A stretch of DNA of 64,000 nt from positions 416,001-480,000 of the forward strand of contig JBGASG010000002.1 in the NCBI GenBank assembly GCA_044229845.1, in the 5' to 3' direction. Position 1 is the first letter of the stretch, and each line of letters begins with the position of its first letter. A program made the translations under genes and the position numbers. Shown here piece after piece: positions 10,138-20,109 of this stretch. This DNA comes from Candidatus Obscuribacteraceae bacterium (lineage in GTDB: Bacteria > Cyanobacteriota > Vampirovibrionia > Obscuribacterales > Obscuribacteraceae). The notes under the pieces were generated by a model. That model was not told the origin of the DNA, did no database searches, and worked only from the letters and a program-made list of their open reading frames with translations.

Positions 10138-10753
10138 GGGTGAGGAATCCGTGGAATGTGATGTCGATAATTTCATCGGCTGCCGATGCCAGCGGTTGCT
10201 GGCGGTTGTAATAATGAGTGAAAAGCGCGCCATACAAAGAGCAGCTAATCACGTTGGTCACTCGGGCTACCGGCATGCGCCGCACGCGCCCGCTGTCCAT
10301 CAGGTCTTCGATCAGTTTCTGCCAGACACCGATGTTGCGCGCGCGATACTGCACAAAGGTAGGTTCTTTGCGATTACGAAACTCAGCTCTCTCTTGGATG
10401 ATCAATTCCAGAAGTTCCGGGTGATCATCGAAGAATGTCAGAAAGGCAGATACGGCTGTACGAATTCGCAAAAGCGGTTCTTCCACGGGCGTCGCTGCCT
10501 CAGCAATCCATTGCTGGAGCAGTTGCATGGCGCGATCGACCGCTGCGTGAAACATCTCTTCCTTGGAAGAGAAGTAACGGTACAACGTCCCTTTTGCTAT
10601 CTTGAGCTCGGCAGCAACGCTCTCCAGATCAGTATTTGGATAGCCTTTGTCAGCCCACAGCCGCGTGGCGGCGACCAATATTTCCTCCCGCCTTCTTTGC
10701 GGAAGCGATTCATCTCTCGGGCGGCCTGGCGACCTTTGCGGCAGAGTTTGCAT
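10118..10753 (-). CDS. TetR/AcrR family transcriptional regulator
   Basis: ILVAATRLWADKGY..T....VAAELKIAKGTLYRYFSSKEEM HTH; first gene of the efflux operon. Confidence 0.95.
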   Translation of the reverse strand: MQTLPQRSPGRPRDESLPQRRREEILVAATRLWADKGYPNTDLESVAAELKIAKGTLYRYFSSKEEMFHAAVDRAMQLLQQWIAEAATPVEEPLLRIRTAVSAFLTFFDDHPELLELIIQERAEFRNRKEPTFVQYRARNIGVWQKLIEDLMDSGRVRRMPVARVTNVISCSLYGALFTHYYNRQQPLASAADEIIDITFHGFLTHDDRQN

Positions 10754-10770
10754 AGCACAGGGTTAATTTA

Positions 10771-10792
10771 GTGACCGTTCAGTCACATTATA
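10771..10792 (-). promoter_or_regulatory. Putative TetR operator (GTGACTGAACGGTCAC on minus strand) abutting a TATAAT -10 box
   Basis: Inverted repeat GTGAC-N6-GTCAC at 10771-10786. Perfect TATAAT on the minus strand at 10787-10792. The operator lies 17 nt upstream of the tetR ATG. Confidence 0.7.
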
Positions 10793-10868
10793 GCTGCGAT
10801 CGCCACACGGGGATAGGCCTGTGACGAATTTGGGCCTTCACTTCTGCTCAACTTTTGCAGCCATTTAG

Positions 10869-11372
10869 CTACTTACTACTGTCCTTGACCGCCGGCGCCG
10901 TCACTTTGCCAAAAGGAGTGACGATGGTTGAGTTGCCGTTCTTATCCGTATCAACGTTTATGTCGCCCAGTCCATCGATGGTCACCTTGGCGGTGCTGCC
11001 GTCGCCGTTGCCGCGAGCATGCACCTTCACGCCACCGGGAGTTTCGAGTTCGACGTCGCCTTTGCCGTCCGGACTGGACTTGCCGTGCATTTTTATTTGC
11101 GTGCCGTCGCCGGAATCCATCGTGCTGTCGACTTCCTGAACGGTCCCATCAGCGCTGCTCTTGGTCACCATGGTGGTCTTGGCGCCGCCGCCCGAGTCGA
11201 TGACTGTTGTTTCCGTCGATTTGTCGGGACTGACAGTCGTAGTGACAGTCGGATCACCGGTAATTGCATTGTTCGCCGTTGGCTGTCCCCCACCGCAGCC
11301 GGAGAGGCATACACAGGCCCCGGAGACGAATAAGGTCAATGCGACCACGTTAAGCGCTCGACTGCTGATCAT
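10869..11372 (-). CDS. Predicted lipoprotein, Thr/Gly/Asp-rich beta-hairpin-like repeats
   Basis: Signal peptide with lipobox LSGC; recurring xxDGx turns separated by 8-10 residue strands. Confidence 0.7.
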   Translation of the reverse strand: MISSRALNVVALTLFVSGACVCLSGCGGGQPTANNAITGDPTVTTTVSPDKSTETTVIDSGGGAKTTMVTKSSADGTVQEVDSTMDSGDGTQIKMHGKSSPDGKGDVELETPGGVKVHARGNGDGSTAKVTIDGLGDINVDTDKNGNSTIVTPFGKVTAPAVKDSSK

Positions 11373-11426
11373 TTGAAAAGCCTCACAAAATCAAATTGCC
11401 AGCATAGTATAGCTGCTTGCATTTGC

Positions 11427-12236
11427 TTAACCCAGTCCGTCCACCTTTTTCTGCGCTGCTGCCAAACGTCCTTCCGCAGCCCGCAAAGCTGCCTGCCTCA
11501 CCTCTGAGTCGTTGCGACTGACTGCTCCTTGATCGAAGAGATAAGAATAAGTACTGGCGTCCTTTTTCGCTACCGCAACAGCTTCCTTGGCTTTCGCCAG
11601 TTCGTTCTGAGCGAGGCGCGCCGCCTCCTTCGCCTCAGCAAGCTTTACAGCAGCCAGACGTTTTGCCTCGACCGGATCGACTCTGGCGATCGCTTGCCCG
11701 CTTGTGCGAGAGGGCCCGATGGCAATCAACTTGCCATTACGGGCGATACCATCAAGAAACGGTGTCGGATCGCAAATGACACCGTTTCTCTTCACTGTGA
11801 AGTGCACATGCACCCCGGTCGAGCGTCCGGTCGAACCAGCATAGCCAATCGTTTCCCCCTTCTCGACCCGGTCTCCGGCGGCAACAGCCAGACCGTTCAG
11901 GTGCCCGTAGATCGTCGAGATGCCCGAGCTTTGATCCAATACCTCAACAGCATTCCCCAGTAATCCGCGCGCACCGGCTTGCACGACAACACCGGACATT
12001 ACGGTGTGCACGCGCTGATTGAGGGTAGCAGCCAGATCTAGACCAGTGTGAAAATCTTCTGCGCGCGTAACTGGATGCACGCGCAAACCAAATCCCGAGG
12101 TCACTCTCGTATCGGCGACCGGAAACAGAAGCCGCACGGCAGCCTCTGCCGGCGTCCAGAAGGTCACGGCGCCGGAGACCGTCAATAAGGAGCTGAGGAG
12201 GGCAAAAATTCGCAAGCGGTGTCTTGTCTTATTCAT
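11427..12236 (-). CDS. M23 family metallopeptidase with C-terminal coiled coil
   Basis: SGFGLRVHP, HTGLD (HxxxD), YGHL, GSTGRSTGVHVHF (HxH); signal peptide. Confidence 0.92.
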   Translation of the reverse strand: MNKTRHRLRIFALLSSLLTVSGAVTFWTPAEAAVRLLFPVADTRVTSGFGLRVHPVTRAEDFHTGLDLAATLNQRVHTVMSGVVVQAGARGLLGNAVEVLDQSSGISTIYGHLNGLAVAAGDRVEKGETIGYAGSTGRSTGVHVHFTVKRNGVICDPTPFLDGIARNGKLIAIGPSRTSGQAIARVDPVEAKRLAAVKLAEAKEAARLAQNELAKAKEAVAVAKKDASTYSYLFDQGAVSRNDSEVRQAALRAAEGRLAAAQKKVDGLG

Positions 12237-12346
12237 ATATATCTTTCGACGGTCAGAACTCCGCATGTTCCCGCTGTCGCCATTTGCGATCCGAATACTG
12301 AAGATGGTGCTAACATCTACAACTCATATACGAGGGAGGGCTTCAT

Positions 12347-12820
12347 ATGACTACGCCGCAAAGCGCAACAGTTGTCCTGCACGTGGGAGACAAGGCGCCC
12401 AAGTTCTCACTGCCGGCTCATCCGGGCGGAACCATTTCGCTTGATGACTTCAGCGGCAAGAAGAATGTCGTACTGGCCTTTTATCCCAAAGACGACACGC
12501 CCGGTTGCACTAAAGAAATGTGCAACTTTTCGGAAAACCTTGACGAATTCAACAATGCCGAGACTCAAGTGCTGGGCATCTCATGCGACAACGTCGCCAG
12601 CCATGAGAAGTTCTCCAGCAAGTTCAGCTTGAAGCAGCCCTTGCTCGCTGACGAAGCAGGAAAAGTCGGCGCCGCCTATGGCACCGTTCGCGAAGGCAAA
12701 AGCACAGCCGCGCGCGTTCTGTTTGTGATCGATAAACAAGGCACCATCCGCCACATAGAGGAAGGCATTCCGGACAACCAAAAACTGTTGTCTGTTCTCA
12801 AAGGGCTCACCAACAGTTAG
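12347..12820 (+). CDS. bcp: Peroxiredoxin (BCP/PrxQ type)
   Basis: FYPKDDTPGCTKEMC motif; GGAGG RBS. Confidence 0.9.
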   Translation: MTTPQSATVVLHVGDKAPKFSLPAHPGGTISLDDFSGKKNVVLAFYPKDDTPGCTKEMCNFSENLDEFNNAETQVLGISCDNVASHEKFSSKFSLKQPLLADEAGKVGAAYGTVREGKSTAARVLFVIDKQGTIRHIEEGIPDNQKLLSVLKGLTNS

Positions 12821-12822
12821 TG

Positions 12823-13200
12823 TTATCTGCCGCTGTCCACCACGGGTCCGAGCGCCTGCACTATGGTGACAATCGCCGGTCCGAGAGCAGACACTGCAAT
12901 AGATGACAGTGTCTGCGGCCCGACTATAAACAGAATCAGCAGAATCCAGACCACAGGTTTTTGCGAACGTTGCAAGAAAAACCAGGTCACTGCGCTGATA
13001 GCCAGCCCGACCAGAAGCACACCAATCATAACCGGTCCGGCAATCGGATGGCGAAACATCGGCATGAGATAGCCGGGCACCAGGACCAATTGCAAAACAA
13101 AGAATATCCAGGGCACCGACACGGCTCCCACAGCACCAATTCGCCTCGCTGTGAGATTGTCTGCAGCGGCTGTCACCGACGATGGCATCTGATCTGTCAT
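12823..13200 (-). CDS. Small hypothetical membrane protein (~3 TM)
   Basis: Hydrophobic segments; follows the 13210-13818 gene closely. Confidence 0.65.
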   Translation of the reverse strand: MTDQMPSSVTAAADNLTARRIGAVGAVSVPWIFFVLQLVLVPGYLMPMFRHPIAGPVMIGVLLVGLAISAVTWFFLQRSQKPVVWILLILFIVGPQTLSSIAVSALGPAIVTIVQALGPVVDSGR

Positions 13201-13209
13201 ATTTGGCCT

Positions 13210-13818
13210 CTACTTCTCTGGCTCGGACTTTGTCTTTGAATCCAGTATGGAATTCGCGTGCCGATCAGCAGGCGCGGTATCACCGGCGGTGATCAGCACA
13301 GACTGTCCAATTGACTGAAATGTCTTTTCCATACTCTTGTATGAGTCTTCGGGCGCGGTACAAGTGACGGCGTAGCCGGTTCCATGGGCAACAAAGAGCA
13401 TCATGTATTGCTTGATCTTGAGCGGGTTATTGTCTTGTCCCGGCAATTCTTGCCCAATCACCAGCAAATGCCCGTGGCCGTTCTTCAAGGCTACAGCTTC
13501 GTCAGTTTCAAGTTTCAAGTTCTGCCCAAAAACATGCCGGAGCGCCTGCAAATTGACGGCGGCAAACTCCTCGCTGCTGACATTGCCGGCTGACTTGTCC
13601 GCAATGACAATCAAGTTGGCTTCGCCTCCGGGCGCCTTGGCCCGCAAAATTTGCGGGGCGCCGGGCTCCTGCTCGCGCTCCCAGGAAGATGGAAACTGCA
13701 AAGAAAAGTTCTGATCGCAAAATGAGGCGGTATTGCCGGCACCGGCTTCCGCAACCGTCGTCAGCGCCAACCACAACGCGAAAGCCGCACCGGTAGCCGG
13801 TTTCTTCCAGACTGGCAT
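13210..13818 (-). CDS. Secreted protein, PsbP/DcrB-like fold
   Basis: Signal peptide; FSLQFPSSW...Y.VT.TA....Y......F..I..S pattern. Confidence 0.6.
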   Translation of the reverse strand: MPVWKKPATGAAFALWLALTTVAEAGAGNTASFCDQNFSLQFPSSWEREQEPGAPQILRAKAPGGEANLIVIADKSAGNVSSEEFAAVNLQALRHVFGQNLKLETDEAVALKNGHGHLLVIGQELPGQDNNPLKIKQYMMLFVAHGTGYAVTCTAPEDSYKSMEKTFQSIGQSVLITAGDTAPADRHANSILDSKTKSEPEK

Positions 13819-13861
13819 GCTCAGGCCCTCAAGACTTTCGTCGCGGCCGTTATGATATCAG

Positions 13862-15973
13862 TTATTTGCTCGCGCCGGCCCTGGTGAGATCATCGACAAC
13901 GATCTGTTGCGTCACCACTTCAGGCAACACGATGGGCGCCGTCGGGTTATTGCCTGGAAAAATCACATAGAGCGGCACACCGGAGCGCCCAAACTTCTTC
14001 AGGATGGCGGTTATCTGGTCATCTTGATGAGTCCAGTCAGCTCTCATGGTGACAACGTTCAATGCTTTGAACTTTTCCAGGACGGGCGGCGTGTTGATCA
14101 CTTGCGACTCGTTTACTTTGCAGGTCAGGCACCAGTCGGCGGTGAAATCGACAAACACAGTCTTGCCGGCAGCCAGATTGGCATCCAGCTTTTCGATGCT
14201 GAAGGGTTCCCACTTGATGCCCTCGCTCCCCTCAGGCATCGTCACACTGTTGGCATACTGCACGGGAGCCTGCAGCTGTTTGTCGGGAGTAGCGACGGCA
14301 GGGCTGGCGGACAACAATTGCGGATAAGGAAGCAACAGGAATTGAGCCCCCAATCCGGTGATACCGAGAGCGATGGCATAGACAATCGCTTTGCGCTTGG
14401 TTGTAGAGGTGAGGTCAGTGAACCGACCGACGATCCAGACGGCGAACGACAGCACCACCAGAAACCCGGCGGCGCAGATGGCGGCGGTTGTTCCAACCTG
14501 CTGTCCGAGAACATACAGCAACCAGATTACTGTCGCCAGCATCAAGAAGCCCATTCCTTCTTTGAACTTCTCCATCCAGACGCCCGGCTTCGGCATGTAC
14601 TTCATCCAGGCCGGGTTGGCGGTCAAAATCACATAGGGAAACGACATCCCGAGAGACACGGTGAAGAACACCAGAACAATCACCCACCACGGCTGAGCAA
14701 AAGCGAAACCGAGTGCGGAGCCCAGCGCCGGAGCCGTACAGGGCGTCGAAAGTATCGTCGCCAACACGCCTTTGAAAAACGTGCCGCCCATGCCTTCTTT
14801 GCTGGCGAGCTTATCTACTTGAGCTTGTCCGGCCGTTACCTGAATATAGAACAGACCAAACATGCTGAGGGCGAAGAACAAAATTACGCACGCCATTGCG
14901 AATACGAACAACGGATATTGAAACTGGAAGCCCCAGCCAATGCGTTGACCCGCTTGCTGCAGTGCAACCACAACGCCGGCCAGTGCGAGAAACGACGAGA
15001 CGATCCCGGCTGTAAAAGTCAGCCCCAGTTGAAACACCCGTTTCGGATCTTCGCCAGCCTGCTGCATGAAGCTCAGCACTTTGATGGAGATGACAGGCAA
15101 TACACAAGGCATGAAATTCAGAATGAACCCACCCACGAATGCCAGTGCCAGCACGGTGAAGAGATTGTCCGGCTGTCCGCTGCCCTGAATTTTCAGATCC
15201 GCATCCAGGATGCTCTTGCCGGCCGATACGGTGGAAACCGGAGTAACGGATGAGGCAGGTGTAACGGATGAGACTGGCGTCACCGGCGGTGGCGAGTCGA
15301 TGGAGGCGTCATCGATCGGCGGCGGAGAATCAACGGCCAGTGCAGCATCGCTGGCTTCCGAGCTGACTTTGCCTTTAAAGCCGACCTTCGAGAAAGCTTC
15401 CTGGTTTTCTTTCACCGGCACGGTGCCGACAGCAGCGGTGGGCATCGTCAAAGCAAGTTGAGCTTTTCCAGGGATGCATTGATCTTTGCAGGCCAGCCAC
15501 TTGAGATTAGCGACCAGACAAACGTTCTTGGAGGCGATAGGTTTAGTAGGTGGAGTGATGGTGGCGGCGATCACTGTTTTTCCGTCGTAACCGTAAGTGA
15601 CAATGCCGGTATCGTTGAAGCGGGTTGGCTTCTCCCACTCGAGTTCGGACGCCTTGAAGCCCTCCGGCAACGTCCACTCGATTGTGGTCGGCATGCCGGC
15701 GTCGCCGTTTTCTTTGTAGTAGATGTGCCAGTGCGGATCAGTTGTGAATTCCACACCAACCTTGAATGGAACGCCCGGCACGATCGATTTCATATCGGCG
15801 AGCATGCGCGCATTTACATGGGCAATCGCTTTGTCGGTTTGCGATGGCAGGCAGTTGATTCCACTTGCTGCATCCGGCGCGGCCAGTGCGTTCTGTGACA
15901 GCCCAGCAAACGGCAGCAACAGGCTGAGCACGAACAACAGCAGAGCTTGTGACACAAAGCGGCGAGTTATCAT
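13862..15973 (-). CDS. dsbD: Protein-disulfide reductase DsbD family (N-terminal Ig-like, TM and thioredoxin domains)
   Basis: WHIYYKENGDAGMP, CKDQC, ILNFMPCVLP, TPCTAP, DFTADWCLTCK. Start set at ATG 15973. Confidence 0.9.
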   Translation of the reverse strand: MITRRFVSQALLLFVLSLLLPFAGLSQNALAAPDAASGINCLPSQTDKAIAHVNARMLADMKSIVPGVPFKVGVEFTTDPHWHIYYKENGDAGMPTTIEWTLPEGFKASELEWEKPTRFNDTGIVTYGYDGKTVIAATITPPTKPIASKNVCLVANLKWLACKDQCIPGKAQLALTMPTAAVGTVPVKENQEAFSKVGFKGKVSSEASDAALAVDSPPPIDDASIDSPPPVTPVSSVTPASSVTPVSTVSAGKSILDADLKIQGSGQPDNLFTVLALAFVGGFILNFMPCVLPVISIKVLSFMQQAGEDPKRVFQLGLTFTAGIVSSFLALAGVVVALQQAGQRIGWGFQFQYPLFVFAMACVILFFALSMFGLFYIQVTAGQAQVDKLASKEGMGGTFFKGVLATILSTPCTAPALGSALGFAFAQPWWVIVLVFFTVSLGMSFPYVILTANPAWMKYMPKPGVWMEKFKEGMGFLMLATVIWLLYVLGQQVGTTAAICAAGFLVVLSFAVWIVGRFTDLTSTTKRKAIVYAIALGITGLGAQFLLLPYPQLLSASPAVATPDKQLQAPVQYANSVTMPEGSEGIKWEPFSIEKLDANLAAGKTVFVDFTADWCLTCKVNESQVINTPPVLEKFKALNVVTMRADWTHQDDQITAILKKFGRSGVPLYVIFPGNNPTAPIVLPEVVTQQIVVDDLTRAGASK

Positions 15974-16019
15974 CACTACTCCCAAGCGACAATAGAAGTA
16001 ATTGTATAGTCTGCCCATC

Positions 16020-17546
16020 TCATAATGTGTGATTATTTTCATCAGTAACGCCGTTCTGCCGCGCGATATCGGCGTAAAGCAGTGCGCTATTCCGCGCCTG
16101 CCGCTCGAGAGTGGGATAGGCAACGCGCACCAGTCCGAAACGCGCACGCAGTCCCTCTGCCCATTCGAAGTTGTCCAGCAAGGACCAGTGCAGATAGCCT
16201 TTGACGTTGGCACCAGCTGCGATGGCGCGGTGCATCGCCACCAGATGCGATACCAGATAGCGCGCCCTCACATCATCATCAAGAGACCAATCGCCGTCGC
16301 TCAACTCAGCCGAATAGATGTTGGCCAGTCCATTTTCTGTAATAAATATCTCGCGTAGTCGTCCCTTCGAATCGGTGCGATAGGGACGCAATCCTTCTGT
16401 GAGCAAGTCATAGAGCCCCTGCGGATAGATCTCCCAGCCCAGTCCCGACTGTTCGTTTTCCACTATGTTAGATTGCTTGCCGAACAAATCGGGCGGCCAC
16501 GATGGCTCGAACTCACAGATCTGGCGAGTGTAGTAATTGATGCCCAGGAAATCGATGCTGTCCTTGAGCCCGGCAATCGGACCGCTGAGCTTCTTGAGCG
16601 GCGCCTCCAGATTGAGCGGCCAGGGGAAGTTGAGGCGCCCGGTTTGAATCGCTTGCATGAAAATATGATTGAAGACAACATCACGCAAATAGGTCACCAG
16701 CCGATCCATGGGACTGTATTTGTTGCGCGGATAGAACGGGATCCAGTGCAATGTGAAGCTCACCTTCGCGTCCGGCTTTTGCCGATGTATTTCTTTGTAG
16801 GCAAGCGAGTGTCCCGTAAGCATGCCGCGAATAGCTTCGAAAGCTCGTCCGTAGTTGCCCGTGTAGCCCGGCGGCCAGATGCCGCAAATGTAGCCCTGAT
16901 AAGCGTAAGCCAGTGGCTCGTTGATCGTCACCCAGTAGTCGACGTATTCTCCGAACTCCTCCATGGCACGCCGGGTGAACTTCTCGAATTCTTCGATAGT
17001 GAGAGGGTTATTCCAACCACCGATCTCGGATAGCCAGCGCGGCAAACAGAAGTGGAAGAGCGTGACGAAAGTCTTGAAGCCCTGAGCCTTCAGCGTTTTT
17101 AGCACGTCTTTGTAATAGGCAATGGTCGGATTGTCCGGCGACAGACACTCTTCGCGGGTCGGATGCAGCGCCGGCCAGTTAAGGCTCATCCGAAACGAAT
17201 TCATGTTCAAACCCTTACAAAGGTCGATGTCCTGCTTGTAACGGGTGAAAAAATCGCAGGCCCGGCTGGCGTTTGAGCAATCCAGAATTTTTCCATCTTG
17301 ACCCGCCCAGGCGGCCCAGTCTGAGAGCTGGTTGGACATTTCGTCGGGATGCCCTTCGATCTGGAAATGCGACGTAGCCACACCCCACAGGAAGTTGTCC
17401 GGAAACCTGAATATGCCGGGCTTTTGGGGCTCGGACTGCGGTTCCGTTTCTGAGGTGTCGCTCGGTGTGATTCCCGGTCTGGTCTGCAAGGCAAAACCCG
17501 CTCTTAACAAGTTTCTAAAGTAAGTACCGGCTTGGCTAAGCGCCAT
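16020..17546 (-). CDS. Glycoside hydrolase family 1 (beta-glucosidase-like)
   Basis: FLWGVATSHFQIEG, TINEP (acid/base), ITENG (nucleophile), WSLLDNFEW. Confidence 0.95.
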   Translation of the reverse strand: MALSQAGTYFRNLLRAGFALQTRPGITPSDTSETEPQSEPQKPGIFRFPDNFLWGVATSHFQIEGHPDEMSNQLSDWAAWAGQDGKILDCSNASRACDFFTRYKQDIDLCKGLNMNSFRMSLNWPALHPTREECLSPDNPTIAYYKDVLKTLKAQGFKTFVTLFHFCLPRWLSEIGGWNNPLTIEEFEKFTRRAMEEFGEYVDYWVTINEPLAYAYQGYICGIWPPGYTGNYGRAFEAIRGMLTGHSLAYKEIHRQKPDAKVSFTLHWIPFYPRNKYSPMDRLVTYLRDVVFNHIFMQAIQTGRLNFPWPLNLEAPLKKLSGPIAGLKDSIDFLGINYYTRQICEFEPSWPPDLFGKQSNIVENEQSGLGWEIYPQGLYDLLTEGLRPYRTDSKGRLREIFITENGLANIYSAELSDGDWSLDDDVRARYLVSHLVAMHRAIAAGANVKGYLHWSLLDNFEWAEGLRARFGLVRVAYPTLERQARNSALLYADIARQNGVTDENNHTL

Positions 17547-17667
17547 TTCGGATGTCCGAGAAGTGACTCCACTATAATGGGTCTCCTTGAAATCGGACGG
17601 TGAGGCGTGAAAGTCGCACCACCGTTAGCTTACATCAACTAGTGTAGCAACCAGTCCTCCATCACGC

Positions 17668-20109
17668 GTGCCTAATCAGACCATCACAGCCAATCAGCCC
17701 CCCGCAGTCGAGAGACCCGAGGGGCAAAAGCCTGCTCTCCGACCGCGTTCAGCGACCGGCTGGCTGAACGCCGGCGTGCTGGTAACGCTGTCAGCCATAA
17801 ACCTGGTTTGCTTTTACCGGACGCTCAACGGGTATTTCGTTGCCGACGATTTCATCCACGTCACCTACCTGTCCGATGTTTTCAACGGACATGCTCATTT
17901 GCTGCTGGAGAACTTCACCTCCAACTGGATGCAAACTCACGGCACGCAGTTCTACCGACCGCTGGTTTCGCTGTCGATGGCGCTGGATTACTGGCTTGGT
18001 GCAGGCTCTGCAACGTTTTTCCACATCACCAATACGCTCTTGCAGGTCGCCTCCGCGTTCTTCCTGTTTCTCCTCACCAGTCGCCTGCTGTCCGGCAGCG
18101 GCAGCCAGCGCTGGTCGACTATTGCGGCCTTCACTACCGCCGCGCTTTTCTCCGTCTATCCACTGCATGCAGAAGTGGTCAGCTGGGCTATCGGCCGAGT
18201 CGATAGCCTGTGCACGATGTTCTATCTGGCAGCATTCTGGCTGTTTCTCAAAGGTCGGCAGGAGCGCAGCCGGATGGCGTCCGCCTCCAGCTTTGTTTGT
18301 TTCATCCTCGGCTTGCTGTCCAAAGAAATGGCAATTACCTTGCCGGCAACTCTGGCTCTCTGCTGCCTGTTTGACGAAAGCGAAGGTGGTGGCAAGCTGT
18401 ATTTCGGACAACGCCTGCGGGTTGCTGTTCGCGACACCTGGCTTTTCTGGACAGTCCTAGGCGGCTATCTGCTGGTGCGTCTGGCGGCGCTGGGGACGCT
18501 TTTCGGCGGTTACTCCGGAGCAATCGGCGAGGCTCAAGCAAACAGCTTTCTCAAACGCTGGTTGCTCGACGGCTCGTTGCGTCGCATCTTCTTCCCTCTC
18601 AATGTAGAGTTGTTCGGACCCACCGACAAAACAGCGCGCCTGTTGCTCTATGTCTATGGTGCCGCCGGTGCTCTGCTGGCTGCGCGTGCCGCCGTCTTCA
18701 GGTTGAACCTGGGTGTGTCGCGCTACTTCATTTTTGCCGGACTGTGGTTTGTGGTCGCCATGCTGCCGACTTATCAGGTGTGGAATCTGACCGAAAACCT
18801 GCAGGGCAGCCGATTTATCTATCTAGGCAGTGCACCTTTATGCCTGGCTCTGGCACTACTGATGGTACCGCTGTTCAAAGCACTGGGGCGCTACCAACTT
18901 TGGCTTTCCTGGTCCGGGGCTGCCTGCGCATTGGTGTTGGTCGTCATCTGGGGCTCCATCGCCTACAAAGATAACCTGGCATGGGCACACGCCTTTGCCC
19001 ATACACGCGACTTCCGCTCGGCAATTGCAGAGCGCGTCGCTCAGCTGCCGCCAGAGAAGAAACTGGTGCTGCTCAACGTGCCGCACAAAGAAGAAGGCGC
19101 CCACATGATTTACAACGGTTCTATGTTGGATATCCTGCTGCGCCCACCGCTGACAAGTACCGACATTTCGCGGCGCGTCATTAGCTTCGAGCCGATGACA
19201 TACGGATTTCCCGACCTGGTTGCTCCGACTCGCTTGCGGGCTCTGTCCACCAGCGCCGATCGCTATGAATTCGTTTCCTGGAACCGCAAGACCCACAAAC
19301 TGCAACCGCTGACTACCAGCCCCGCCGCATCACAGGCGGTGCATCTCGACATATCATCACTGACACCGCAACTGACGTTACCGGGAGTTTACGGCAAGAC
19401 CGCCAAGCTGGTCTCACCGCGTCTCAACGTGCCGGCAATGGCCTATGACATCGTGCGCGTCCGCCTGCGCGTCTCGCCGGCAGCAACCGACGGGAAGCCG
19501 GTCGGCATTTACTTGTTCTGGAACGGTACCAGCGATTTGTCTTATGGACCCGAACGCATGCTCTCACTGCCGGTGGTGGCAGACGGCAGTTATCATGATT
19601 ATTTGTTCCAGGTCTCCCAGCATAAGTCATGGCTGGCAGCTAACCGCATCGAGAATATCCTAATTGAATTGCCGTTTGTTGCCGGTAAAGCACACACAGT
19701 CGGCAACTCGACCCTGCTGTCCGTCGAGTCTGTCAGTCTGGAGCCCTTGTCAGCACCACGCGTGATACCGTCCAGCGCCAACCTGCGCGCCGATGAGGAT
19801 GGCGTTTATCGAAATACCGGCTGGCCGATCGCCTTCGAGATCACAGGCGCATCACCGAGTACGGCGCTGGTCGAGGTTTCGAGAGAGAGCGCCTGGTTCG
19901 AGCATTACACAGGTACATATCGGGATCAGGCGCCATCAGCGCAAGCGCTCAAGCAATTCCGCCTGTCACCGCCGAACAATCGGATCGTTCTCGAACAGGC
20001 GTTGTTTCCGTCAAGCGGATATTATCAACTGCGGGCCTTCTCGCTTGACGAGCAAGGCAAAGTGCAGGGATTCGCTTGCGATCCCGTGAATTTGCAGCTG
20101 ACGAAATGA
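17668..20109 (+). CDS. Polytopic GT-C type glycosyltransferase (TMTC/PMT-like) with large C-terminal extracytoplasmic domain
   Basis: F.ADDF, YRPL, YPLHAEVVSWAIGRVD, LSKEMA motifs; ~11-12 TM segments. Confidence 0.75.
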   Translation: MPNQTITANQPPAVERPEGQKPALRPRSATGWLNAGVLVTLSAINLVCFYRTLNGYFVADDFIHVTYLSDVFNGHAHLLLENFTSNWMQTHGTQFYRPLVSLSMALDYWLGAGSATFFHITNTLLQVASAFFLFLLTSRLLSGSGSQRWSTIAAFTTAALFSVYPLHAEVVSWAIGRVDSLCTMFYLAAFWLFLKGRQERSRMASASSFVCFILGLLSKEMAITLPATLALCCLFDESEGGGKLYFGQRLRVAVRDTWLFWTVLGGYLLVRLAALGTLFGGYSGAIGEAQANSFLKRWLLDGSLRRIFFPLNVELFGPTDKTARLLLYVYGAAGALLAARAAVFRLNLGVSRYFIFAGLWFVVAMLPTYQVWNLTENLQGSRFIYLGSAPLCLALALLMVPLFKALGRYQLWLSWSGAACALVLVVIWGSIAYKDNLAWAHAFAHTRDFRSAIAERVAQLPPEKKLVLLNVPHKEEGAHMIYNGSMLDILLRPPLTSTDISRRVISFEPMTYGFPDLVAPTRLRALSTSADRYEFVSWNRKTHKLQPLTTSPAASQAVHLDISSLTPQLTLPGVYGKTAKLVSPRLNVPAMAYDIVRVRLRVSPAATDGKPVGIYLFWNGTSDLSYGPERMLSLPVVADGSYHDYLFQVSQHKSWLAANRIENILIELPFVAGKAHTVGNSTLLSVESVSLEPLSAPRVIPSSANLRADEDGVYRNTGWPIAFEITGASPSTALVEVSRESAWFEHYTGTYRDQAPSAQALKQFRLSPPNNRIVLEQALFPSSGYYQLRAFSLDEQGKVQGFACDPVNLQLTK

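Noticed and set aside
13210..13818. PsbP-like protein as evidence of photosynthesis
   Set aside because: The PsbP/DcrB fold is widespread in non-phototrophs, and no photosynthesis genes are present in the window.
15230..15335. Short repeats (DSPPP x2, VTPxSS x3) in dsbD
   Set aside because: Ordinary low-complexity interdomain linker.
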